Shown in pieces: positions 50,744 to 64,000 of a DNA stretch of 64,000 nt. The notes below the pieces were generated by a model. It was not told where the DNA came from. It did no database searches and saw only the letters and a program-made list of their open reading frames with translations. Made by a program: the position numbers and the translations under genes. The DNA lies in assembly GCA_964016885.1 (NCBI GenBank), contig OZ024741.1, positions 225,742,001 to 225,806,000 on the forward strand. Direction: 5' to 3'. How positions within the stretch are numbered: the stretch's first letter is position 1; each line of letters begins with the position of its first letter. Source of the stretch: Eledone cirrhosa. Lineage: Eukaryota.

Positions 50744-51186
50744 TCACCTTGATCACCTTGACCGACCAGTCTGTCGGGCGCCAATCGGCGCCGCTGGTCA
50801 CAGCACATAGTGCTCTTTTAGCCATAAGATAACTGTTTCTACTTTAGGCACAAGGCCAGCAATTATCCCAGTGTATTACTGGTACTTTATTTTATCGACC
50901 CCGTAAGGATGAAAGGCAAAGTCAACCTCGGCGGGATTTGAACTCAGATGGTAAAGGGACGTAACCACGCTGGAAAGCATGGCGTCCGACCCTCTACCGA
51001 TACTGCCAATCCACAGCCATAAGATAACGCCATCCCACTGGCTGGGCGGGCAGGCCGGTACTAATTTCTACAGCTGAGTAAACTGGAGCAACGGGAAATA
51101 AAGTGTCTTCCTCAAGGGAACAACACATCACCCAGTCCGAGAAATGAACTCACAACCTTTCGATTGGAAGCCCAATGCTCTAAACA
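50744..51186 (-). mobile_element. CORE-like SINE with nested Meta-like SINE (50834-51014, 14-bp TSD)
   Basis: TSD agccataagataac at 50820-50833 and 51015-51028. Confidence 0.8.
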
Positions 51187-51192
51187 TCATCG

Positions 51193-51266
<74 letters not shown>

Positions 51267-51324
51267 ATTATAAGATGGACGTTAAACGATGATGATGATG
51301 GTGATGATATAAATATATGACCCA

Positions 51325-51657
51325 TTAGCATTTTTCAAGGCAGAATTCTAGGAGAAGGAAAACTCTGATATAACACCTGCAACCCTGATGGTATCCAATG
51401 ATGTTGACTTGTCCTTGTTTTTGGTAAATATCATCTTGGATAAGAGAATGGGACAGGCTTTGTGCAGTGCCTTTGCTCACTAGAAAAGCTTCACGGCACA
51501 AGCATTGCTTTATATCTGGAGATCTCTCTGCACTTGTCGTCACATGGTACCATGGGCCCAGCACTATGTGTCAATAGTTGTCACAAGTGTAGTGTTTGTA
51601 CCAGAGTTTTCAAGTCGCTGGCTGGACTAAAAATCACACTCGTTCAGCGCATCGGTA
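51325..51657 (+). mobile_element. Fragment of the RTE-derived bipartite element
   Basis: Homologous to 44930-45260. Confidence 0.75.
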
Positions 51658-51669
51658 TATATATATATA

Positions 51670-52356
51670 TAAACGGAAAAAATGAAACGAAATTTCATTT
51701 CCCACTCTTAGTACGGCTGTTACTTAAATATAAGTATGTAAACGTACATACATATATGTATACAAACGTACAGTATTTTGTATATATATATATATACATA
51801 CATGCACACATATATATATGTACGTATGGATTCATCGAACATTTATTATAAAGCTCGGTGTGTTTGTAAACAAACATCCCGTATTAAGCCGTAGTGTCCA
51901 GCAACCATCGTTGCTCCTTTGTTCAACACTGACAAAGGAACACTGTACTAGTTTCAAGCTTATTAGCTATCGTCAGCAACGTATACCTTCCTGCCAGATT
52001 GTTGAACGTATATACTTACCTTATACATATTAACGGCATATTACTAAGAGTGGGAAATGAAATTTCGTTTAATTTTTTCCGTTTATCGTTCAACAATCTG
52101 GCAGGAAGGTATACGTTGCTGACGATAGCTAATAAGCTTGAAACTAGTACAGCGTTCCTTTGTCAGTGTTGAACAAACGAGCAACGATGGTTGCTGGACA
52201 CTACGGCTTAATACGGGATGTTTGTTTACAAACACACCGAGCATTATAATAAATATTCGGTGAATCCATACGTACATATATATATGTGTGCATGTATGTA
52301 TATATATATACATACTACTGTACGTCTGTATACATATATGTATGTACGTGTATATA

Positions 52357-52360
<4 letters not shown>
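51670..52360. mobile_element. Retrozyme-like subfamily B fold-back insertion with two HHRs (51940-51982 -, 52113-52155 +)
   Basis: Same unit as 4618-5340, same left start (aaacggaaaaaatg) and same right end (tatactta|(TA)n). Confidence 0.8.
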
Positions 52361-52416
<56 letters not shown>

Positions 52417-52442
52417 TGTAATAAACAACATAAGATAATTAT

Positions 52443-52501
52443 TTCATTTACCAATGGTTTCTTGAAAGCAAGCAAACTTTGCTTTCAGTCATCAGAATGG
52501 A
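52443..52501 (-). ncRNA. Canonical type I hammerhead ribozyme (relative of 19841)
   Basis: tccatt-CTGATGA-c tgaaagcaa agtttgc ttgctttca a-GAAAC-cattg-GTA-aatgaa. Confidence 0.8.
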
Positions 52502-52604
52502 AAAATCAATCCTGATGTATTTATTGACAGTGGATTTTAAAAAACAAAAATATAATCTATATGAAAGTGAGGCTGGAAAAGGAAGAAGGAAAGGAAAATA
52601 TATA

Positions 52605-53300
52605 TATGACCGTCCATAAATCACAAATTAAAATACAGGAATACAGAAAGATTGCATTTAGTGAACATATCGCCAATTGTGCGCTCAACCAACATCGAAA
52701 CTTAAAAATTTTCCCCATTTACAAATTCATAGACAACGCTACTTTCATCCAACGTACCAATAAAGAAACACATTTCATTAATAAATTTCAACCAGTACTC
52801 AATGCGCTAAAATTCAGACCAATCTAAAACTGCAACAAACCATCAAACATTTACAAGAGTTATCTCCCTCACACCCTACCTAATCCTTTTTCTTAAATAA
52901 ATTAAATATCACCCAGCAAAAATTGCTCCCCCCTGAATATTAACTCTCTAAAAAGGGAAATCATATCAAACCTCAGTCCACCATTTGCCTCCATCACGGA
53001 ACCAAGGTTCAACTAAGCTCTCTTGCTATATTAACACATTTTGAACTGCTTAACTTCAATGACTGTGTTTGTAAATAACATTATTTTTTCTTCCACACTG
53101 ACTTTTTACGTTCCACATTATGCACGTTTTTTTTTCTTTTTCTTTTTTCTTTTCACTTCTTAAACCTTGTTTGTAAATAACATTATTCTTTCTGCAGCTT
53201 CCGTTTAACATGTGCGACACCACACTAATACATTTCACTATCATTTGATAATGCATATAAATGCTGAAACCGGTAATAGACAATAATTAAATATATAAAT
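52605..53300 (+). mobile_element. Penelope-like 3' fragment: GIY-YIG endonuclease C-terminus (52605-52827) plus UTR with degenerate HHR (~53238-53279)
   Basis: MTVHKSQIK...SEHIANC...KIFPIYK...RTNKETHFINKFQPVLN; downstream tTGATAA-gcat ataa atgc-tGAAAC-cg-GTA. Confidence 0.75.
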
Positions 53301-53479
53301 AGATAAATAAATGCCATTGTTAAATAATAAATAAATCAACTAATAACTTAACACAAAGTAAAACATCTCGTTCTAATCATTTTCTAACCCAGAAAAAAGA
53401 GAGAGAAAAACAAAAAATAAAAAAAATATATTTGTCTTCCTCATAATCGTCTCTTACTCCCTGTTTATATATATATATA

Positions 53480-56400
53480 CATTGATAATATGAGAGGTGA
53501 GTGAGATCGGACGGTAGTTCACTGCAAGGGACTTATTTCCCTCTTTGACGACTGGGACAACGGACTGGGACAGAAAGTTTTCAGGAATATAGCCAGTGTC
53601 CAGTGAGTTCCTCCACAGATCAGGAAGAGGAGTTGCAAGTTGGTGTCGACACACCTTCAGGACACAAGCATGGAACCTGTCGGGGCCTTATGTTGAATTG
53701 CGTTTAATTTCGTTTATTGCCGCTAAGACATCAGGGACGCCAAACGTTATGTCTGATATAGTGTGTTGGGGGTTAATATCACTAATACGGCCCAGATCGG
53801 CCATATAAGGGTTGCTGAAAACAGAGCAGTATTGTTTCTGCAGCATCTCGCCCATGGTTTTGGCATTGTCCTGGAGTGTGCCATTTTCATCAACTAGGCG
53901 GCCAACAGGGGAGACGTTGACCTTGTGTTTTTTAGTGAATGAGAAGAACACTTTGGGATTGAGTTTGATTTTCTCAATGGCCCACCTCTCTTCAGCTATT
54001 CTCTGGTTATTGATGATGGTCATCATACATTGCTGGAGGTTATATTTTTTTGACTCAAGCAGGGTAATAGCCATTGAATGTGTGTGTTGCTGTTGACAGT
54101 ATTTTAGTGTGTTAATTTTTTTGTTTGTTCTTTTTATTTTTCTGATAATTGTTTTTCTGTTTTGGGGGATACTGCACTTGGTTTTGTTCACAGGTTTTGG
54201 TGGGGTGTGTTTTGTACATATATTTGTGACAGTGTCTACAAAGATCTGCCAAGATGTTTTGATGTTAGTGGAAGTGTGTGCGTGTGTAAAAGACCAGTCG
54301 AATGTGATAGTTCGTTCATAATTGCATCCCAGTTGGCATTGTAGAGATCCATGTTATCAAATGGGTGGGCTGGAGAGAGGACCCTGGGATTAGCTTTCGG
54401 CTGGTGGAATCTCAGCTTACAAAGAACTATGTCATGGTCTGAGAGAAGGGTTTTTTCCACTGTAATATTATGTATAGTGTTAGTATGGTTACTAAACACT
54501 AGATCCAGAATGTTTTTCTGATGCCTCGTTGGTGCAAGGACAAGTTGGGACAAGAAAAACTCATTCATGAAGTCAAGAAGTGACTCGACAGCCTCTTTGT
54601 CAGTGGTTGAGGCTGTGGAGCCTGGTTTCAAACTACATGTAGACCAATCGACACAGGGTAGATTAAAGTCTCCCATGAAAAGTATGTTGCTAGAATGGCA
54701 CTGTCTAATAAAGCATTTAATACTGTTGAGGTATTCTTTGAAGCAGATTATGGGTGTTTGTGGTGGCCTGTAGAGCCCAACTAATGTCAGGTCATTGGCG
54801 TTATTGTGTACAGTGACTGATTCACAGTAGCCATTAGAGAATGTTGTGTTGCCATCTGCCGCAAAGGAATCATTCAGGAAAATGGCAATTCCACCCTTCC
54901 TTCTGCCAACACGATCCGCACGGATGGTTGTAAAATTTCTCACTCTTACTTCGGCCTCCAAGTGGGAGTTGTCAAGGTGGGTCTCAGTAAGAATGAAGAA
55001 AGGGATGTGAAATGGATGGTTACCAACCCACTCCTCAATGAATTGGATCTTCCATTTCTGTGCATTGATGGATGGGCTGATACCTTGTGTATTGAGTAAG
55101 AATGTGGATGCTAGTGTGGTGGCTGGTTTTGACTGTTGCAGGCGGCTTGTTTTGTGATTGTGTGTTAGTGACAGCAATGATCATGTTGGGTGATGGCTAA
55201 AATGTTTTTCTCTATCTCTTTTGCCAGGTCCATGGCTAAAAAAGAAAGATTTTTTTTTTGTTCAGGGATCAGTTTTTGATTGGATTTGTGGTTACAACAT
55301 TGGACAGGGTTGCAGTTCCCTTTTGTTGTTGTTGTTGTATTTGTTGTAATTGTGTCTTTGTGAAAAGAATGGAACAGCGTTATGTTTGTTGTTGTTGTGA
55401 CTGTGTCTTTGTGACAAGACTGGAGCAGCATTACTTTTGTTGTTTTTGTTGTTGTAATCATGTCTTTGTGAGGAGACTGGAGCAGCATAACCGCAGCAGG
55501 GGATGGCTTTATTGTGGTTTTGGGGTTGGCATGAAGCCCCTTTTCTGTTCGTGCGTTGTGTCCCAGGAAGATGAGCGAAGGGACAGTCAGTCAGCAGACA
55601 TAGCCTCTCGCGTTGGGAATGTTGGCAGATTTGGGGACTGCGAACTATACGTGCAGGCAGCGTGCTTTGGTCATGGCTGGCAGTGTTAGTGCGCCTAGTA
55701 CCCGGTAAATGGGTAAATATACAGTCGCTACGTGTGCATAGCCTCTGACGTAGTGAGTAGCGGCATATTTGGCGGTTTCTAGTATGTGTAGTGGGAGGTG
55801 CATACAGCTCCATAGAACTTTTTTTATTGTTCTTTTGACTATGGCATTGCAGTGGTGGTGATGTGGGGGAAGAAAGCATTGTTGGTGATCTTGATGATGG
55901 CAACTGTGGTAGGAGAGAGAGCATGGTCCATTATTAGCAGTTGGTGTGGCAGAAGATGTAGATGTGGCAGGAGATGGTGACGGTGGTCATGGTGATGGCG
56001 ATAATGATGGCTGAGTGAGTGGCTGAGTGATACTGTCATTCAGTAGTTCAGCGATTATGCTTGAATTCATTAGTGGTTGCTCCTGGCTTTCTGGCTATCG
56101 TTGTTGTTGTGGCTGTTGTTGTTGTTGTTGTGGCTGTTGTTGTTGTGGCTGTTGTTGTTGTTGTGTTTGTCCATTAGAATAAATATGTCGAAGTTTTTCA
56201 AAATGGTTTTGAATTAGTTTGAAAGAGACTTCTACATGTTTTAGTTTGTTGTGTATCTGCTTAGCAGATCTCGTCGTAAATGTTTGGGCTGTTTTTTCAG
56301 CAATTTTATTCAGACATGACGCGTTAATGTTTGATGTTTGTGACAGAGAAAACCATGTGTTTATTAAGAGGTCAACTTCATTTTCAGACCAATTTCGTCC

Positions 56401-56530
56401 GTTGTGGGCTTGCTGGTCAGTAGTCATATTGTTTTTATTTTTATTATTATCCTTGTGTGCGTTTTAAGATATTTGTTATTTGATACGTGAGTGAGACTTT
56501 GGTCTTTGGTTATTTGAAGAAATTAAAGAA
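53480..56530 (-). mobile_element. CR1-like LINE, 3'-truncated and frameshifted: ORF1 (Myb/SANT-like, polyQ, CCCH), AP endonuclease, RT N-terminus
   Basis: LLNTQGI, LTETHL, RADRVGRRKGGIA, GLYRPP, MGDFNLP, PTR..NILDLVF, SDHDIV; GPD...NYRPISLTSHI, cut at a TA run. Confidence 0.85.
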
Positions 56531-56571
56531 TCGTGTATATATATATATATTTTCTCTCTTATGGATGTGAG

Positions 56572-56652
<81 letters not shown>

Positions 56653-57185
56653 CGGAGAGACTAAAGATCAGGGTGGAACTCAGTACGTGCTTAGGGGTAG
56701 ACTAGATATATAAATGCAGTCTCTGGTTTGTATAACTGACAGTTTTACTGGTCTCAGCATAAATTTGCATGAATTCGGTGACATTGTGAGCTAGTAGGAC
56801 CATTTGGATTTCACGGCATTGACATTTCGATTTCACGTGTTGACGGACATGTTTGATTTTTATTTTATATTGTGCAGTACGGGTCTCTTGTGTGGGGCTA
56901 AATATATGTTTGTGGATTACGTTTGTTTGAGTTCATGGTTGCTGTAAATTTGTTTACGTTCAATTTAAGGCAATTGTCGGTCTTCATTATGTCTAAATCT
57001 GTCATAACTTGATACCCTGTAGACTGAGTTCCCGTTCACAGGTCTACGATATAAAGGTCCTACAGTTGCATCAGATGTTATTGCATTTCCTTGAGTTCGT
57101 GGACAGCATTAGAATGCCGATGGTCAGTTTATATACGTGTATACACAGACACTCACACACACACACACGCAAACACACACACACA

Positions 57186-58765
<1,580 letters not shown>

Positions 58766-58824
58766 TTCTCCGGAGTTGTCCATCTACTGTGTGTAATATT
58801 CATATTACAACACTACGGAAAATA

Positions 58825-58891
<67 letters not shown>

Positions 58892-59076
58892 GATAAATCT
58901 ACCAAGAGTTTACGGTAGTGTCCAATCCGTATGAAGAACTCAATGTATTCCGGATATCATGGAAAGAAGAAATGTAATGAAAAATCACTTTCGGTGAAAG
59001 ATAAACGGTATACAGAGTCAAGATAAAATATTAAACAAATAATGAATAAACAATTTCTTATATTAAACAAAAAAAG

Positions 59077-59222
59077 TTATTTCTGAAGACGGCGTATATA
59101 TGTGTTGGTATGTATATTTAATCTTGATAGTTTGTATAATTTTGTATAATTTTGTACATAGATCTGTTGAATATGCATGCCAACTCTAACACATATATAT
59201 CCTAGAAACGATCGTTAAATAA
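59077..59222 (+). ncRNA. Hammerhead-like motif with ~115-nt stem II insertion, inside fold-back 59022-59281
   Basis: ttattt-CTGAAGA-[long hairpin]-GAAAC-gatc-GTT-aaataa, with palindromic ACGATCGT stem III. Confidence 0.55.
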
Positions 59223-59384
59223 TGAACTTTTTTTGTTTAATATAAGAAATTGTTTATTCATTATTTGTTTAATATTTTATATATATATATATATATATTT
59301 CGTTTCTGAATTTGTTTAGCAAGATTCTTTATCTGAAAACGTGTGTTGAAACCGATATTGTTATAATTTTTTTGGGGGGGGGGT

Positions 59385-59843
59385 TCATGTTGCCAATAAG
59401 AAACACACGCACCAGTCGCTTTCACTCCAATTTATTATAAAGTAAAAAATTTATAAATTTCCGGTTGGTTGGTTGGTTCCACAACCAGACGGTTGTTCAT
59501 ATATTGTCAAAGTTCTTTCGTCACACATTATGTGACCTCTTCAGTGACTGGGGATTATTTTCTTTGTTTTGTGCCTCTCCTTTGTTCTGTCATACGCCAT
59601 CTTGTTTTTCTGTGTATTGTGTGCTTAGTTTGCGCATGTGTTACATCCGGGTGTCGTCTGTGTGTGTTTTTATTTGTTTATTTATTTGTTTATTTACATG
59701 TTACTGGTTGGTTGTATGAACAACCGTCCGGTTGTGGAACCAGCCAGCCAACCGGCAATTTATACATTTTTAAATTTATAATTTAATTTATAATAAATTA
59801 GAGTGAAAGTAACTGGTGCGTGTGTTTCTTATTGGCAACATGA
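59385..59843. repeat. (TA)n-flanked fold-back repeat (arms ~59385-59498 / ~59718-59843)
   Basis: tcatgttgccaataagaaacacacgcaccag... has its reverse complement at the right arm. Confidence 0.7.
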
Positions 59844-60389
59844 CCGTTCCAAAGTATATAAAAAAAAAAATATTTATATATATATAAACAAGTTCGTTAT
59901 TGACTAACGAATACATTCATACAAACACATACACACACATACACACACACACATATATATATATATGAATGTAAAACTGGTTTTACCGTGTAGGCGCCAT
60001 TAAATAAGAAACGAAAGTCATCTGGTAAGTAATACCTTGCTAATTTTCACTTTGTATTATCCTACGGGCATAAGTATTGACCCAAACATAGCCATACCTC
60101 GAATAATCGGTAAGTGAATTAATGTAATTCAATAAAGAAAGAAAATTAGACGCTGAATTCAATTTCATTCTATTTTTACTGAGAATTATACAAAATCCGT
60201 AAATATATATATATATATATATATCATTATTATTATTATTACTTTCAAAGTAAAGGGTGTCACGAATGATACAAAATCAAACATATGTCTTGTCTCTAAA
60301 AACAGCTCAAGTTTGTCTCCAGTTCTGTTTTGATATGTCTTAGTGCACACTTATCTGTGTATGAATATATTTGAATCACTTTCTTATAA

Positions 60390-60455
<66 letters not shown>

Positions 60456-60629
60456 AGATGGGTATGAGTACATATGTATGCACACATACACACACATATG
60501 CATACATCTAAGACGGTCATTTGCTTTAATTTTAACGCAAATAGATCCTGATCAAATCAAAGCCACCCATGAACATACATAGACTTAATACACAAATACA
60601 CGCGCGCACACACACACAGGCATACATAC

Positions 60630-60645
60630 ATACATATATATAATA

Positions 60646-60687
<42 letters not shown>

Positions 60688-60815
60688 TATATATATGTAT
60701 ATATGTAATATATATATATAAATATGTAATATATATATATATGTATATATGTAATATATATATATAAATATGTAATATATATATATATATGTAATATGTA
60801 ATATATATATATATG

Positions 60816-60880
<65 letters not shown>

Positions 60881-60885
60881 ATATG

Positions 60886-60926
<41 letters not shown>

Positions 60927-60933
60927 ATATGTA

Positions 60934-60972
<39 letters not shown>

Positions 60973-61003
60973 ATATGTAATATATATATATATATGTAAT
61001 ATG

Positions 61004-61062
<59 letters not shown>

Positions 61063-61072
61063 ATATGTAATA

Positions 61073-61120
<48 letters not shown>

Positions 61121-61150
61121 TATAGATAGATAGATAGATATAGATATAAA
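60630..61150. repeat. Compound (TA)n / TATGTAA microsatellite
   Basis: Directly visible. Confidence 0.9.
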
Positions 61151-61757
61151 TATATATGGTAGTAATGGTGGGGTGATAATGTAATGCTAAATTCGCGAGA
61201 CACTTGAAAACAAATTCTAGCTACGTATTATATCATATATTTTATTACATTTTAGTCAAGTTTCATAATATTTATTATATAATTTCCTTATAAATAATAT
61301 AGTGTGATTTATTTCAACACAAGATTTGTGTCTTGTTTCTTTTTTTCTTTCGTTTCACTGTCTATAATATCATGTTCTTTCTCTGAAACAGATTTTTTTT
61401 CGCCGTTATATTGCTCTCTCTAAATCGATTTGAACAAAGGAAATATTTTCTATTTAAATGTGAAGCAATTATTGCAATAAATACTCTAAACTCTTTCCTT
61501 CCACACACAAAACCCACACGCATATATATATTTATAAATATAAAATGAAGAAGTCAGTGTGATCGAATCTTACATAATTTTGTGATTACTTAGTTACTGT
61601 TATATATTTCAGTGGTATCTATTATGTAATAGATACGACCTCACCAGTAAGGTATTGTATAGTCTATTGTTCACCGAATGATATGTCCCGAACGTATTTT
61701 GATATTACTCCTGTAACGACCAACTGACTTATGGATTACGTATAAGACTCTCTAGAT

Positions 61758-61958
61758 CAGGCATGTCAAACTGAGGGTCCACTGAAGGCCACGTGGGTCA
61801 CATATGTGTTGTCTGAGGGCCTCACACGACAACTAATTGCGCACATTACAATTTATTTCTTAAATTTTATATTACCAAGATAAAACATGATCGCGCTGTA
61901 AAAACGTTTGTGCGGGCTACAGGTGTGCTTGTAAAGAGCCACATGTTTGACATGCCTG
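61758..61958. mobile_element. hAT (Charlie-like) MITE, 201 bp
   Basis: 14-bp perfect TIR caggcatgtcaaac/gtttgacatgcctg. Imperfect 8-bp TSD ctctagat/ttctaggt with a TCTAG core. Confidence 0.85.
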
Positions 61959-62336
61959 TTCTAGGTAGCATCAGTTCATGGGGTGTAGTCTATGGAACCT
62001 ATTGGTAGATTTTTACTCATCTTCTTGATCATTCCATTGATGATTTAAGTTGTATTGGACCATATAAAGTAGTTGTTTTAGAAATGCCGTGTAGTGGAGT
62101 TTGATGTCAGCAGATCAAAGAACGAATACTACTTTAAGTATCAGTGGTTATGAGATTCAGTTTCCTTGTAGGTCCTTTTATTTCTTCATATTTTCTTCAT
62201 ATTTTTTATTGATTTGCTGGCACCAATGCAATTTGAAAACTCTTTTTCTTTGCGTGGGATGTTCTGACAACAAAACCAGGGACAACAAACAACAATAGAA
62301 CTATTTGTGGCTGTCAGTACAAAGTATTACTGGCAT

Positions 62337-62680
62337 GTGAAGGCGCATGGCTTAGTGGTTAGAGCATTGGGTTTGCAATCGGAAGATTGTGAGTTCGATT
62401 CTTGGACCGGGTGATGTATTGTGTCCTTGAGCAAGAGACTTAATTTCACGTTCCAGTTTACTTAGCTGTGGAAATGAGTTGCGACGACACTGGTACCCAC
62501 CTGTACTGGTCATTGCCTTTCCCTTCGACATCAACGGTGACGTGGAGAGGGGAGACTGGTATGCATGGGCGACTGCTGGTCTGCCACAAAACAACTTTGC
62601 CCGGACTTGTGCCTCGGAGGGAAACTTTGTAGGTACAAATCCCATGGTCATTCGTGATCGAAAGGGGTTTTTACCCTGAG
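62337..62680 (+). mobile_element. tRNA-derived SINE with CORE-like domain
   Basis: A box tggcttagtggttag, B box gagttcgattc, then gtgtccttgagcaagagacttaatttcac. Confidence 0.8.
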
Positions 62681-62681
62681 T

Positions 62682-62769
<88 letters not shown>

Positions 62770-62770
<1 letters not shown>

Positions 62771-62960
62771 TAACGAAGGAAAAGTGGTAAGGAACCAGGT
62801 GGACCATAACGCACCAAAGTACTCAATACTTGAGGTAGTAGAGTGGGTAATAGGAACCAGTAAGACCCCGACAGCTGAGCTCAAGCCGTTTCGACGGCTA
62901 ATTCTGAATTAGCCGTCGAAACGGCTTGAGCTCAGCTGTCGGGGTCTTACTGGTTCCTAT
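62770..62960. repeat. Fold-back of an HHR 3' half (family also at 19198-19250 and 33481-33615)
   Basis: Perfect palindrome 62850-62960 centred on 62905; GAAAC-ggct tgagctc agct-GTC. Confidence 0.7.
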
Positions 62961-63437
62961 ATATATATTTATATATATATGTATATATAGAAACATACAC
63001 ATACATATATGTATAAACGTGACTGTGTGTGTGAGTATGTATTAGAATGAGTTTAAAATATTCAAATATTAACTGAATGAGCACTGAATATTGATTGGTA
63101 GAGTGATATGGTATTAGATAATAGATGTCTGTGTTCTTGCTCACAGCGAAGTAGACTTTGCCTTACATCATTTGGAGTTTGGTGAATAAAATAACATTCC
63201 AATACTGAGGTTGACTCCTCCTCTCTCTGTGGAATGAGTCGAAGGTAACTAATAATGACTCACCACACCACTGCCACAGTGAGTCGAAAGAAAGAGGATG
63301 TAAATAATATGAAAGATGAGAAAGGTTTGTTTGTCAAACTACCAAAGAGAAACATAACTCGAGGATACAGTTTTGGCGGTTCATCTCTACTTAGAAAAAT
63401 ATATTTCTATATTTTATTCAACAGTGTTGTATGCTTA

Positions 63438-63487
<50 letters not shown>

Positions 63488-63491
63488 GACA

Positions 63492-63585
<94 letters not shown>

Positions 63586-63586
<1 letters not shown>

Positions 63587-64000
63587 GTCAACACCCTTCG
63601 AAAGGAGGGCTGGGGATGCCGTGGCTAATGATGCGTAAACATGCATTAAGTCTACGGCACCTCTACGTATTCCTCACCGGTCAACCGGTGTGGGCCTCGT
63701 TTGTGAGACGAACCTTTCCTAGACTCGTCTCACTCATCGAGCTGCAATCCTGGGTCAAGCAAAGACCGAGAAAACTGGGCGCCTGGCACACTGAGTGTGC
63801 CCAGGCGCTCACCGCCCTCTGGCAGGCGGATCCGGTTATCAGTGGAGACTCCACCGCAACATTCTATAGAGGGCTGGTACGCAGCAGGTGCGACGACGCC
63901 CTCGGAGAAGTCCTAGACATGGAGGAGGATGAACTGGCCAGCCTGTTCGGTAGGACATTCAGCCCGGGACCTATGGACAACTTCCAGAAGTCCCTGGCCT
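63586..64000 (+). mobile_element. 5'-truncated L1/Tx1-like LINE ORF2 C-terminal region, abutting (CTAT)n, runs off the window
   Basis: Open frame CQHPSKGGLGMPWL...WASFV...FYRGL...MDNFQKSLA with no stop in 138 codons. GC-rich. Confidence 0.7.

Overview
AT-rich eukaryotic (animal) DNA saturated with microsatellites and transposons. The SINE/LINE repertoire and the (TA)n/(TACA)n density suggest a cephalopod such as Octopus, which is inference only. The only host coding sequence I can support is one 159-nt minus-strand exon (35741-35899) of a transmembrane adenylyl cyclase C1a catalytic domain (ADCY1/rutabaga-like), so much of the window is probably intron. The rest is nested mobile DNA: a deleted mariner, a hAT MITE, tRNA-derived SINEs, RTE, CR1-like, CRE-like and Tx1-like LINE pieces, Penelope-like (PLE) RT and GIY-YIG remnants, and two near-identical R4/Dong-type RT+RLE elements with intact 1169-aa ORFs sitting in (TACA)n. 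The most striking unannotated signal is a set of type I hammerhead ribozyme (HHR) motifs, over 20 candidates from about 8-10 sequence families, in (TA)n-flanked fold-back insertions. It includes a near-perfect 470-bp tandem array (5363-7902) with one dimer-type HHR per unit that inverts in its middle: a candidate non-LTR retrozyme/circular-RNA system mobilised by PLEs. All structures were read by eye; no folding or database search was run.
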